NCBI GenBank assembly: GCA_964276515.1
Contig: OZ193910.1
Coordinates: forward strand, 2,914,001-2,978,000
DNA: 64,000 nucleotides
Direction of reading: 5' to 3'
Origin: Gordius albopunctatus
Lineage: Eukaryota
The position numbers and the translations under genes are program-made. The notes under the pieces are model-generated. The model ran no database searches and was not told the DNA's origin. It saw nothing but the letters and a program-made list of their open reading frames with translations. Positions 1 through 12,678 of the stretch are shown piece after piece; position 1 is the first letter of the stretch, and each line of letters opens with the position of its first letter.

Positions 1-82
1 AAAAAGTTTATAAAACATTGAAAAATTACATAGTCCTTTAGGTAAAAATTATTTTTCAATCTAAAAACCCAATAGCTGTTTG

Positions 83-3000
83 TCACACTAAGGTGGTCAG
101 CTTCTTTAGATATTTGGATGAGTGGTGATGCTCGGCTATACAGGCCTGACAGCCGTGATGACGATGTGCTTTTTTATCTTTGGAAATAAGGGCAGAGGTG
201 GGATTGAACCTGCGAGCTCTTGCTTTAATGCTATTTACGCTTATTATTATTAGACTTACTTTAGAATATGTGTGTAGCCAGGACTAGATCTAGAGGGGAC
301 GACAATAATGAGTTAGGGAATGGCAAAATGATAATTTTTTGAAAGTTTAGTTAGAATTATATTAAATTTTGAAGAATTAATGGATTTAAAGGGGGGGGGG
401 CAGCTGCCCTTCCCTCCGATCCCCTCGCTGCCCCCATAGGCTAGGCTATTATATAAACTAAGATGATCAAACCTTTTCCCAATTTGTAGTAGTAAACGAG
501 TGGGGCAGCTATAACAAATGCCAAAAATATTATGGCGAATAGTGATATGAATACAAGTGACATTGTATTACCCTCCTCGTTACCAATATTCTTTATGCAT
601 GCACCTAAAAATTAAAAAATAATAATTGATAAATAAAATTTAAATTGCTAATTTTCATATAAAATACTTTACTTTCGATAAGATTGTAGTTACTATTACG
701 AAATAATGGAAATAAGAGTCAAATTTAATTTTTAAAAAAACCTTCTAAGGCATGAATATCAATTTCTTCATGGTTTAGAGAAATCCATTGCCCAAAATAT
801 GGTATTTTGATTTGAAAATCTTCGGCTAAAATGTCAACTAAGGTGGGTATAAAGGCGACCGAAATATCGTTGAGAAATAAAATAAACACCAACTTTTTCT
901 TATCGATAATTCTAGTATAAATTATTCAACAAAATAATAATATTAAAATCAATATTATATGCATAAAAATTACTTTTTCTCCAATATTGTGGCTATATAA
1001 TGCCCGTGTATTCGATCGTGGTAAATGCTATGAATCTGCAATGATATAAACCTTGGAATTAAAAATTAGTCACTATTTAACTTTTTAATGTTTTTTAATT
1101 CATATATACTTTAAAAATATTTATATTTATATAATAATAAAACATCTTATTTTAATTTCGAAATAAAACTGGACAGATAGAAAGGACCATACATCAAAAC
1201 TTTTAATATTATTGATGGGATATAATTTTAAAAATATGGAAAAAATATTTTTACAAATATTAAAAATTAAATTTGGACTTGAGCTAGTTTTGGGGTACTC
1301 TTCTTATCAGAGGTCAGATTTGTTAGAATTTTTCTGCCCGAACCCGGCCCGATTTTATAATTAATTTGCCCGCCCGGACCCTTCTATGTGCCCGCCCGAT
1401 AATGCCCGAATTATCCCAGCTGTCCGAACTGCCCGGCCCGAAATGGTGTGTTTTAAAATTTTAGCACTAATATCGTTATATTTTTTAACAATTTTATCTC
1501 AATTTTTGATTTTTTTAAATGAGAACTGGATTAACAAACATTATGAAATCAATTTAAAAACTGGCAAAATATGCACAAAAACAATATAATACATTATTTT
1601 AAAAACAAAATTGAGCCCGAATTGCCCGAATCTTGTTATGGTGCCCGCCCGGGCCCGCCCGAAAGTTCAAATTTACGACCGTTGACTGGCTCGTGGGCCG
1701 GACAGGCATGTTAGGGCAGCGGGCCGGGAAAATCTGGTCTCTGCTTCTTATATTAACATAGCAAGGGGGGGGGGCAAAAATGTCTTTTACATAAACATAA
1801 GTTTCCATAGCAATTTAACTAAAATTATTAAAAAGTTGGACAGAACGGGGCTGATAAGACAAAAGCGAGATTTACTTTTTGTTCGATAATTTTATATGTC
1901 GTATAAAGGTATGAGTCATTGTTATATCCAAAGGCAGCGATGCCATCTAATTCTTCGATGACAATTTGACCGACCAATCTACAATGCCAATTCTCAATAA
2001 ATTCTAATAAAAGAAAACGCAATCAAAATTTAATTAAATTTAAAAAAAAAATGCAAAAATGAATTATAATTATTATATACCGGGAAAGCACATATCAGTA
2101 TCATCCTGGATATCGTGATAAAATTTTTTAACGCATGAGCAGCGGGATGAAACACAAATCGAATTTGGGTCGTACGCTGAACATTGCTTAAGTTCTTTAT
2201 CTTTTTCTTCTTTTTCACAAGCTTCTCCAACATGTTTACCTAATATTAGGATTAATATAAACAATAAATTTTAAAAAAATTCCCTTAAAACTAAGTATTG
2301 AATATAATGAGCTTTCCCAAATTTAATTACTATTTTATCGATATTTAACAAAGTATTATGTAAAATTTTAACTTTCTAAACCTTTCTTATGATTTATAAT
2401 AAAATCTAAATTTTTTATAGGACAAAGTAAATTATGAATAAAAGGCCATATAATTATCGTTTAATAAAAGATATTTCTCGGTGAAAGGGGCGAAAATGTG
2501 AAACGTAAATAATGTACTTTAAAATAAAACATCATGAGGGAAAAAATAAAGACTTTTATTGGCGAAATAGACAATAAATTTGTCACTAAAAACAATATGT
2601 ATGCTTCAATAGTTTTATGTGTTTACCTGGGTAGCAAAGGCTCTTTTTGTCATAATAGCCGCTCACACATTGACACTTTGTGTTGGCACATAATAGTCCC
2701 TGGCATTCGTCGTCAAATATACAAGTTTCATTAATCAACCGTTCTATTCAATCCAAAAATCAGTACATTTTAATTTTAGTTTTGATAGTTAAAAAGTTGA
2801 TTTGTACGAAAACAAAGTCACGTATATAAGCGTAAAACAAAAAAGAAAGACATATTGGTTTGATCTAAAGATCTATATGATTATCTGCTAAAATAGGCCA
2901 AGAGGCGACAAAAGATTCAAAATTGAATCGTGGAATAAGAATCTCAAGATTTCACCTGACTACGTAGACGTAGCGAATAGAGAGGGGGGGCAGAGAGGGG

Positions 3001-6000
3001 CGGTTGCCTCCCTCTAAATCCAAAGTTTTGTTGAAAATTATTAAAAGTATGGCTAAAATTTCAGAAAACTATCATTTTTTCGCTCCCTAAATAATTATTG
3101 TCCGCCTCTAAATCCAATGATGCCTGAGTATGGTTAAATTTTGAGCAACGTTCTCCGATTACTTTAAAAAATTGGTGGCCTGTATACCGAAGGAACCATA
3201 GAATGAGGCAACAACAGGGACAAAATTTTTGAGTGCCAAGAGAGAGAGAAGATAATGATATAGATCTTTGTATTTAACCAATATGTCTTTATTTTTGTAT
3301 TTCGCTTATTTATGTAACTTTGTTCCATGAAAATAAACTTTTTAACCACAAAAAAACACTCTAATCTTGTAAAAATGGTTGATTTTTATTTGGTCCAACT
3401 TTGGTTCAAGTCCACAAACATAAACGAACCCAAAAGGCTAGGCATTAGCATTAACACTAAGAGCAAATTCTTTTTTTTTTTAGAATTGACATGCTTTATT
3501 AAATAAAAAGTATTAAATATTGAGCGGAATTGTTAAAAAGATACAAGAACAAAAACATTTATAAAAAAATGATTAAAACACATTATCCGTATCTTCATCT
3601 TTGAGAATGGGCATTGAATCCATCAAAGAATAAAAATTAGATTTAGCGATCGCGATGGCAATTGATTGTCGTAGTAAAAAACTATTCGATATTTTACAAG
3701 GGGGCGAGCGTTTATTGAGTTCTTTAAAAAAATTAATGCGCTCTTCCCAAACGTCCCTGAGCACGAAGAGACGATAGGAATAAAAATCGAGGTTTGGGAT
3801 GAAGGTGAATATTTTAAGGATTTCCGATGCTCTGCCGATCCTAGGGGGTCGTGAGTATCGTTGGAGGGGGCAAACAGGTCAATACAGGTGTAGTCCCATT
3901 TTAGGAAAAGGCCTTTGTCCCATGGGATAATCGACGAACCGTCCGGACGCATCCGCCCCTCGAGAGAGGGATCTGAAGGTTCAAGGATCGAAAGAACTTT
4001 TGCCCGTTTGAGGGCAGCTTGAAGCAGTGTATTTATTTTTTGGTGCCTACCATACCGGCTTTTGTTAAATTTACAATGCAGAGGGTGACGTGCTTCCTCA
4101 TCTACAAGTGAATTACAAAGCCGGCAGGGGTATGGGGACGTGTATTTACAGCCCAAGCGGAGGGCTATATTGTAGGACAGGGTAGGGTTCTCTAAAAACA
4201 TTCCCGAAAACTTACTAGGGTAAGCATGAAGCCATTCATGACCGGATTGGTCGAAAGCCAATGACCTAAGATTGCAATGCTGTTTGGCGTCGCATATCGA
4301 GAGAAGGTAAGCAACGGACCGCGACACCAAACTTGCATGCAAATCTTTTTGAGCGTATGATTGTGGTATATTAGCTCCTACATTGACGTTCTCATTCCAT
4401 AAGGATAGGGCTTGATTTATGGAGGGATTAAGTGGGAATGGGACAAGGTCGTTAATATGATGTTTAAAAGATAGAGAGGGCTGTGCTTGTTCACTAAAAC
4501 CAAAGGTTGACCAATCAAACCCAAGCCCTTTTTACAACTGAGAAGGAGCAAAGGTGGATACAAATAAAGTCCCATTTGGGGGATGGACCAAATCGATCAA
4601 TTCCATAATTTGATATCTGTAAGGATTCGTAATCACTCCATGCGTTATTTATTACTTCTATTTACTGTTATATAAAATGTACGTTTACGCTTTTTGTAAC
4701 GAATAATAAAATCTCCGCTAATTCACGTATCCTCCTTATCCACATTAGACATCTGAGATGTCCCAAATATTCCCCTACTAAATAAACGATCCCCATATCC
4801 ACTAGAGTTGTTAAATTGCTAAGTTTCTTCAAACTCTAAACGCGAGCACGCACACTGAGTTGCTTAATATGCGCGTTAACACAATATGTGCTCGCTATTC
4901 GGTGCACTAGGCAGAGCAGTAGCATATAAAAATGCTCGAGGGCCGAGCAGAAACTCGAGCAGATGGTAGATGGAGTTGAAGAAAGTTAGCAATTTAACAA
5001 CTCTAATATCCACTATCCCCTCCCCCCCCCCCTGACAAGGGCGTATTCTTTTGCCCTCTCCCATAAGATAATAATAATCAGTCACACGAAATAAACAATA
5101 TGGAAAATTTTAAGTTAAGGTTGAAATTGAAAGTAAGCTTCGAAATTAACTTATTCCACAGTTTGAATTTCGGAGATAGGTTTGCTCGCTACATTTGCAC
5201 AATTGTTTTTGTGTGTCGCATACCGAACTGGCTAAACTTTCGCAAGGAGTTTCGTCCGTACACTTTATATTAAACCAAACGTCTAACCACAATACAAACA
5301 TCTTTTAAATCGGTAAACAACTTTTTTAAAAAACATGAGAATAATATTTTAAAATATATACATATCAAATAAATTTTGTGTAAATTTTAAACTATGATTT
5401 AAGTCCATTTTTATCTATATTTCAAATATAATCTTGCATTTTATTTTGTTTATTAATAAATAATTAACTTTTCACGCATAATCCGAGTTCTTGTATGTAG
5501 CCAGGTTCACAGGCGCAAAAAAAGTTGGAGCACAAATTAGACATGCATTCTATGTTGTTGCGACAATATTGATTCAACTTTTTTTCTTTTCGTTTCAAAT
5601 AAAATAAGTTTTAAACACATATTTTCATATTTAAAATTTGTTATTTTTAATTTCATGTTTTATGAATAATATAATTTAGGGGGGCGAATGATGAAAATCG
5701 AAAAGTACTGGACAGCGGAGGTACCGGAGAAGAGGGGAAGAGGGCGAGCTAGTGTCACGTGAAAAGGGCAAGTCGATAAAGTTATGAAAACAAAATAGTT
5801 TAGTCAAGACATGGCACTTACACACTTACCCGATCAAGATGGAAGAAACTCATAAAAACAAAGCCGAGGACTGTGGGACCAAATAATGGATAAAGAGAAA
5901 GAAGAGATAATTTTGAGTGCAAATTTTTAGAAAAAATTGTATTAAATTAATTTTTGAATAAACACCCTTTTATTAACTTTTTTAATAAATTTTTTAGAAA

Positions 6001-9000
6001 TATAATTCGCTAAGATTTTAAACTGTTTAGAGGTTATAAAAACAACAACTTACTGTCAAAACATCCAGTCCCTTCCCTGTAATGATCGGGTCGACAATCG
6101 CACTGACCATTGGAACACACGTGCGAAAGACATTCCATAGTTTTCGTGCAGCTTTGTCCTAGCGCGTATTCTACAATTTATTTTAATTACATATTTTTTC
6201 GGTTAAATTATTTATAATTTGCGCGCAAGCTTGCTTAAAATAATATTGTCGCAACGTTAGCAAATCTCTTGAATAATTTAGGTTTACTTGTGTCTAACTA
6301 AACATAATTTATCTTTATTTTTATAATTCAGGCCTACAAGTTAACTAATTACGATAATTAAATAATTGAATTTTTTTGACTTTTATATGGTTATAACTCT
6401 AAAATTTGCTCGATTAATGGGACTTACTTGGGGCGCATACCTTAAGGTTGTTAGCTAGTCGTTCATAAAACTCGTTCTTGCAAGCGCATAACCCATCTCG
6501 ACATTCGGTTTCATTAGACCGCGCTGCGCATTCAATATCTTTATTGCACGCGTCACCCAAAAATTTCCCTAATAAATAAACTTGCGTCAATTAACATATA
6601 AGTTAGAACTTTGCTAATTTCCAGGTAAAACATTATTAAAGAGCATAAACATGCTGAAAATTTAATGTAATCGTTTAAAAAATTTTTACAGGGGGCTGGG
6701 GGGAGTGAAGTTTACCGGGTATACATTCTTCCATTTCAAAGTAATGGAAATTGGCACAACTGCACATGTAATTTTTGCAGAGACTTCTAGGCGTTTTTCG
6801 TTGGCACTTAAAATCGGCTGCACATGGACTCTTAATCGGAACTCCTGTTCAAAAAATTCATGAATTACAACTTTATACATTAGATAATATCGTAAATAAA
6901 AATCCTTCAGTTTACAATACATTCCTCTATAAAAATTTAGTTTTTATAAGATCGCAGATATAATTTTATTTAAAATTTCTTTAAAATTATATTGTTGTTT
7001 TCTAGAGCTGTTAGTAACTAGCTAGATTGTTAGTAACTGCTACATGTAACTAGTTCCTGGAACTAGATTCTTTTCTTCGGTAAAGTTACTGTAATCAGTT
7101 ACTTTTACTTAATTCCGTAACTATTCAACTATAGTGACAGTTACTTTTTATAAAATTTAAAAATCATTATTTAAATTAAATAATAAATTTAAATATTCAA
7201 TTTTTTTCAGCAAATATTTGTTTTTAGATTATGGTCTTGTTATAAAACACGTTAAATTAGAGATACCGCAATGATTTAGGGTGCAGTACAAGCCCAATTC
7301 GCTATCGCAATCGATGCTATGGAATTGTGAATTATTTAGGAAGACACACATCAATTTGGCATCGCTCGAGGGTTGATTGGGGCCCCAGGGTCTACCATAG
7401 AATTGATAGAATAGCTTTAAAGCAAAGAGCCAAATGTTAATAAGGTACTATTGCTGATATTAAAATAGTTCATTCATAGTATAAAAATAAAATCAAAAAT
7501 TATGATTTAAAGCAACCTTAAATTTTATGATAATGCACGAAATAGAATAAAAGTTTAAGGGTAGCAGCAACTTGGTTGTGGCCAGAGTTTCATCTTTGTT
7601 TAGGGGAGGGCGAAAAATGATTATTTTTAATAAATTCCTAGATAATCTCGTTGCAATCCCTCCCTGCTTTCCCCCAGCCCTACGCCTATGTAGGTAGGAG
7701 TAGTCAAAAAGACCTGGGTTTTGGTTGGATGACCTTTAGGTTTAGTCGAATAAACATAGGCAGACCAAAGATTTTTGGGTGGTTCTGTATTTCTCAATCA
7801 ACCTCCAGGCTTAGTCGAAGTTTGAAAAAAAGACCAAAATCGATCGTTATGGCTTGCCTTAATATCGGATTTTGATGCGCAGCAAAAATCGTTGTACGGG
7901 TTATAACGTAGCCGTGTCTTAACTCCGAATTCACAGCAGCAGATTTAAATTTCAGACGATGCATAACATAACAGCGATTAATCTCAAGAGTTGAAATAAA
8001 CAAAAGAACGTATTTAACCATCAAAAAACAACAAAATATTAGTCATTGCAACCGAGTTTGACACATGAAATTGAATCATAGGATATTTGATAAAGATAAA
8101 TTAGCGCCATTTGAATCTGAATCCGATATTAAGGCAAGCCCTTAGTCTTAGCTTAGTGAAGAACCCAGGTTTTTTACAACATTATTTGGAATACATGTAG
8201 TAGGATGGGCTGTGTATATGTGGCATACAATTGGAAGTGCTGTTGCATTTTAAGACCAACTTATTTTCCATATCTAAAAACTCATCGGAGCTAAGGAGAT
8301 TCCTCCTCAAACCAATCCAAACTTCCTCCAAACCAGGGTGCTTCAAAATGTGATGCTTGTGTTTTTACAAATATAAAAGATTAAAAAATTATAAGTTAAA
8401 AAATGAATTGGAAAATATTGGAAAATATCGCAGAAAACATCGTAGAAAACGCCAAACTATTTAATGGTTTAAAAGCGGGGCAAATTGCAATATATCGATA
8501 TTTCTCGAATTATAGCAATTCAATTGCGATTCCCTGTTTTTCGGACTAAGCCCATGTATAACACCTTATGAAATAGAATGTTGTATTTTAGAAGGCCATA
8601 AAAACAACTAAAATAAAAATATTCATTCAAATAAAGAAAGTTAATTCTTCAACATTATTATTTAAAGTCGATACCAAAAATGAAATTTTTTTTCTTGAAA
8701 TCATAATATTATAATTTGGAAACCTACTTTTGTAAATTTAATAAATTTTTGGGGAATCGCTGTAAAGATAACCTTATCTTTTTCGTCACCCCTGACTCTA
8801 CCATAAATAATATGATTATGCATGGGCGTAGCCAGCATTCAAATTAGAGGGGATCAATAATGATTTAGGGAGGGGGGCAAAATGAACATTTTTTCAAATT
8901 TTAGCCATAGTTTTAATAAATACAAACAAATTTTTTGGATTTAAAGGGGGGCAGCCGCCCCTTCCTGCCCCCCCCCTTGACTAGGCCAATTGCTTATGTA

Positions 9001-10164
9001 TTGGCATAATGCTATTACCAGCGCTTTTTCATCGTTTATATCGACGATTTTGGCATCCTCGTGTACCTGTTGACAAGCTGAATTAGCTTTGGAAAATGTA
9101 AGCCTTCTATCAGGATCGTAATACCAGCACTGATTGCTAAAGTGAGACACCAGCCACTTGGATGGGCATTTATTAACGCATGATCCTGTATTGGAATCTA
9201 ATATTGTTTGTTAATATTTAACTCATTCATTCGTGAAATGTAAAAAAAATCACGCTTTATCAGACAGCCTATTATTATCAGATTATTATAATTTATTTTA
9301 AAAGTATTTTAAGTTGAGGATTTCAAGTGTGTGACTTAAAAATATATCAGACATATAATGAACGGTTTTTTAGGCCTATAGCTTCTTATACCAATCGAGA
9401 TAGGTGGAGGACATAAGGGTAGCTGGGGAGGGGGGAGGAAGTGCCTTCATTTTAAATTGTTATGCCTATTTAAAATGAAAAAATATTTAAAATCCATCTC
9501 TCCACGTTGAAACTTAAATCTTGAATATGCAGAGGAACTTGAGAAGTAAACAACTAACATAAAGAGTTCTGCTTTTAACAAATCAAAAATTGGATACTAT
9601 TGTGAGTTCTGCTCGTAACAAATCTATGGATGAACTATTAGTCATGATGGGCGTATTCAAAGAGAGCAGGGAGGGGCGGCTGCCCCCCTCTAAATTTAAA
9701 AAATCTTCAAAAATATATTTATAGCTAAAATTACAAAAAAAAATTATCATTTTGCCCCTCCCTAAATCATTATTTCCAATTCCCATGAACCTATAGACTA
9801 TTATTTTATACTTATATCAATTTATCACAAAATAAGAATTTAACTAAAATCAATATTTAATTTTAATAATATGCTCTTGAATTTGCACATTTAATAATAA
9901 ATTGTCGTAATTCTAGTGGGGTGATCTTAATTAAGAATCTACATGATATAATAAAATATCCTACAGAACTCAAGGTTGAGGTTAGGGATAAACTTTTTCC
10001 ATATATCTGAATATAATTTTCGGTTATAATATATGATTCATGAATCATCAAAATATTGATTAATACATCTAACAGTAATAAAATAAAAAACCTGAATTGA
10101 TTACAGCAAAGTTAATAATCGCAAAGAATATCCTTTGAATTACATTTTTATAATTAAATGACAT
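83..10164 (-). CDS. Type I membrane protein: signal peptide - C-type lectin-like domain - 7 EB-like (6-Cys) modules - SEA-like domain - TM - His/CxxC cytoplasmic tail (~666 aa, 17 exons)
   Basis: Minus-strand exons with GT-AG ends and matching phases: 10164-10092 (MSFNYKNVIQRIFFAIINFAVINS, signal-like), 9197-9019 (CPSKW..QCWYY..TFSKANSAC), 8772-8728 (less certain), 8340-8261 (EVWIGLRR), 7391-7267 (PWGPNQPSSDAKLMCV..IDCDSELGLYC); Cys-rich exons 6844-6716, 6568-6428, 6170-6054, 5585-5469, 5282-5151, 2743-2627, 2239-2081; then 2003-1876, 1035-974, 911-742 (SEA-like, inferred), 604-473 (TM: SLVFISLFAIIFLAFVIAAPLVYYY), 177-83 (DKKAHRHHGCQACIAEHHHSSKYLKKLTTLV*). Total 2001 nt, open frame. First and last exon choices are the least certain. 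Confidence 0.8.
1308..1743 (+). mobile_element. hAT-type MITE, family A (CAGAG..CAGATTT TIRs, GCCCG subterminal repeats), intronic
   Basis: TIRs CAGAGGTCAGATTT / AAATCTGGTCTCTG; perfect 8-bp TSD CTTCTTAT (1300-1307, 1744-1751); homologous to 11476-11856. Confidence 0.9.
2780..3355. mobile_element. Old inverted-repeat element (~100-bp arms) with a younger MITE inserted at ~2960-3120
   Basis: 2780-2885 and 3255-3355 are degenerate inverted copies (AAAGACATATTGGTT..AAAGATCTATAT); a further copy of the arm lies at ~43240-43345. Confidence 0.6.
3471..4485 (-). mobile_element. 5'-truncated CRE-like (RLE-type) non-LTR retrotransposon, intronic
   Basis: ORF 3623-4342 has CRLC..RHPLHC..RH zinc knuckle, LEP..RPDG..PW..WDYTC.D..APS..AE..K..KY restriction-like endonuclease motif, and a frameshifted LRQSIAIAIAKSN end. 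AATAAA plus poly(A) at the 3' end (plus-strand T-run ~3471-3481). Confidence 0.85.
4803..5005. mobile_element. hAT-type MITE, family B (TAGAGTTGTTAAATTGCTAA TIRs)
   Basis: Long TIRs, perfect 8-bp TSD ATATCCAC; near-identical copies at 44023-44225 and 47400-47601. Confidence 0.92.
7002..7150 (+). mobile_element. hAT-like terminal fragment with GTAACT/AGTTAC subterminal repeats
   Basis: Starts TAGAGCTGTTAGTAACTAG, followed by clustered GTAACT/AGTTAC motifs typical of hAT ends; no partner end found. Confidence 0.5.
7850..8141. mobile_element. PIF/Harbinger-like MITE nested in an older hAT-like MITE (~7697-8183)
   Basis: TIRs GGCTTGCCTTAATATCGGATT / AATCCGATATTAAGGCAAGCCC flanked by TTA on both sides. 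The host element resembles 52354-52491 and 59152-59710. Confidence 0.75.
8821..8990. mobile_element. MITE family C (CATGGGCGTAGCC..GGCTACGCCCATG), most abundant repeat in the window
   Basis: Near-perfect TSD TGATTATG/TGCTTATG. Related full or partial copies at approx. 275-440, 2960-3120, 7560-7690, 9643-9787, 10455-10620, 11898-12060, 15030-15186, 25490-25660, 25900-26000, 29790-29900, 39930-40093, 43940-44237, 48250-48427, 54399-54540. Confidence 0.8.
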
Positions 10165-10801
10165 TTGTTATATGAATCTAGAACAGCAACTTCTTTTTAT
10201 AAAAACTATTTCTGTAAAATACTTAAAATTTTAATAGGTTCCGTAATATATTTTAATGATCCGCAATAAATTTATGTAATTTATACGTACCATTTAGTAT
10301 TAAATTATAATAGCAAAAATTTCGAAATATTATTTTAAAGTGGTGTATTAATAATACTATAGAAAAATTTTAGTTTTTTTACTTGCAGTATATATATTTT
10401 CAATATTTGCTTATACTAAATTATTTAAGCCTAAAAACGTTCTACTTTAGTTGAGTGTTCTATCTAGTATTCCTAGGCGAAGGGGGCAATAATAACTTAG
10501 GAAGGGGAAAAAAAAATTTTTTTTCGATTTTAGCCATATTTATAGAAAATTTTAAAGGATTTTTGGATTTAGAGGGGGGGGCAACCGCCCATTTTTGCCA
10601 CCCTCTTGTCTACGCTTATGCTAGGATTTCTATTTAACAAACAAACCGCTGTCTATATATTAACAGCAATGGCTATTATCATATTTTTATTACGTTTTAC
10701 ATTATAATTCTATGGAAAAGGGGCATTTTGTCCATTTATTTTAGTAACTAAGGATTGTTAATACATAAAATACTAAATTTTGACATTTAAAATATATAAG
10801 A

Positions 10802-12678
10802 TTAATCTCCATTTGGGGAGGATTCTGAATCATCTCGAGATCTGTGTCTAATTCTTAATTTGAACGTCGGTTTTTGGCCAGAATCAAAACCTGGGCTCAC
10901 ACTAGCAGCCCGAGAGAAGCTTTCGTTCACCAATCTAAGTTCTTCTCTCAGTCTTATATATTCATCCAATTTATCTTTAAATCTCTCTTTAAGTAGCTAA
11001 GAAAATGCAGAGAAAAACAGAAAAAATTTTGTTTAATCAATGGGATAAAATTAATTTGCAGTTTTAAATACATTTATTATTATAGGATAATTTGGTTTTT
11101 ATCATATGTTTTTTTGATGTTGGGCTAAGCATATTACTAGATTTATGAATAAATCAGCTGTTAGTGGCTAAATACATAGATCGTTGGTTTCTTTAAAACC
11201 AACTAAAAGATGTCATTCCTTTTGTTCCAAAAAACTAAATATTGTTAAAACATATAAGACGATTAAATAATTCTTCTAGTTTATAAAAACTACACTTATG
11301 ATTAAACTTGTTTTTTTGGGGGGGGGGGGTTTAATTTATTGGACTTAATATATATAGATATTGGTTTCAATTTAAATAATTATCTAATTTTCATAAATTT
11401 AACATATAATTTCGTCCTTTAAAATAGCTTCCTGTGTCATATTAATAGCTAAAATTTCAGATTAGATATAGAGATCAGAGATAGATTTGCCCGGCCCGGC
11501 CGGGCAACTGTCGTAAATTTTAACTTTCTGGCGGGCCCATTCGGGCAATTCGGGCTCAATTTTGATTTTAAAATAATGTATTATATTGTTTTTGTGTATA
11601 TTTTGCCACTTTTTAAATTGATTTCATAATGTTTGCTAATCCAGTTCTCATTTAAAAAAATCAAAAATTGAGATAAAATTTTTAAAAAATGTAACATTAG
11701 TGCTAAAAATTTTAAAACACACCATTTCGGGCCGGGCAGCTGGGATAATTCGGGCATTGCCGGGCGGACACATAGAGGGGTTCGGGCGGGCAGATTAATT
11801 ATAAAACCGGGCCGGGCCGGGTTCGAGCAGAAAAATTCTAACAAATCTGATTTCTGATAGAGATTACTAGAAATTTTATACAATAAATGGCCGTTACCAT
11901 GGTCGTAGTCAGCGTTGGAATTAGAGGGGGGCAATATTGATTTAGGGAGGGGCAAAATGAACATTTTTTCAAATTTTAGCCACAATTTTAATAAATTTTA
12001 AAAAATTTGGATTTAGAGGGGGGGCGTCTGCCCCTCCTTGCCCCCCTGGTTACGTCCATGCTGCTTGCTAAAAATAAATTAACTGGAGAAATAAAATAAA
12101 TCACCTCATTATCTGTCTTAATCTTATCGATTGTATCTTTTTTCTCTCTCAACTCCATCTGCAATTGGGCAGTATAATCGTCTTGATTTTCTTTTTCCGC
12201 CAAGGCTAAAGTTATGGTTAATTGTTGATTTTCTTTTCTAATAACTTCCAATTCTTCTCTCAAGGCTTTCACTTCATTTTCTACGAAAGTATTTTTCGAC
12301 GAAAAAACTTCTTTGTCCAACTTGTAACTGTTTAAAGCATTACTCAATGCCTCTTTTTCCCTGAGGTGTTCGCTACATTGCGTTTTAAAAAGTTCAACCT
12401 CTTTAGCTAAATATTCTAAGAACGCCTGATTTTCTGGCTCCTTTTTGATAGGTTGTAGTAGAGGCTCTTGTTTTTGTCCATGTTCAAATCCTGGTTCAGG
12501 AATTATTTGTAGCTTAATGTAATACCTTTTGGAATCTATCGAAATTATGATATTTTATAGTAAAATAATTTAATTTTTCATAGTTCTGTGATGTTAAAAC
12601 TTACACATTGAAACAATAAATATGTTTAACATGATATATATTAGGAAAAAATTTACCTTTGGGTATTGGTTTTTCCAT
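10802..12678 (-). CDS. Uncharacterised coiled-coil protein (~215 aa, 3 exons)
   Basis: Exons 12678-12657 (MEKPIPK), 12535-12105 (EK-rich heptads, ..ALREELEVIRKENQQL..), 10996-10802 (LLKERFKDKLDEYIRLREEL..SPNGD*). GT-AG, phases 1 and 0 match, 648 nt open. Confidence 0.75.
11476..11856 (-). mobile_element. hAT-type MITE, family A, second copy
   Basis: Reverse complement of 1308-1743 with an internal deletion; perfect 8-bp TSD ATAGAGAT. Confidence 0.9.

Noticed and set aside
188..217. tRNA-like 3' half (GCAGGTTCAATCCCACCTCTGCC, minus strand)
   Set aside because: No A-box, D-arm or anticodon arm upstream; it overlaps the pyrimidine tract of the last intron of the receptor gene.
1386..1808. ORFs 1386-1589 and 1599-1808, and the similar ORF 11581-11985, as a duplicated small gene
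   Set aside because: They lie within TSD-flanked MITE family A copies; the similarity is repeat homology.
4876..5085. ORF resembling 47413-47682 (HLLEFLLG..ATALPSAP)
   Set aside because: Both are read through MITE family B; no coding evidence.
9965..10068. Extra exon or a 23-nt intron after the signal-peptide exon of the receptor gene
   Set aside because: An optional phase 1-1 exon (~10006-9965, DIWKKFIPNLNLEF) is possible but not needed for the frame; the 23-nt intron reading lacks a good downstream donor. Unresolved without RNA data.
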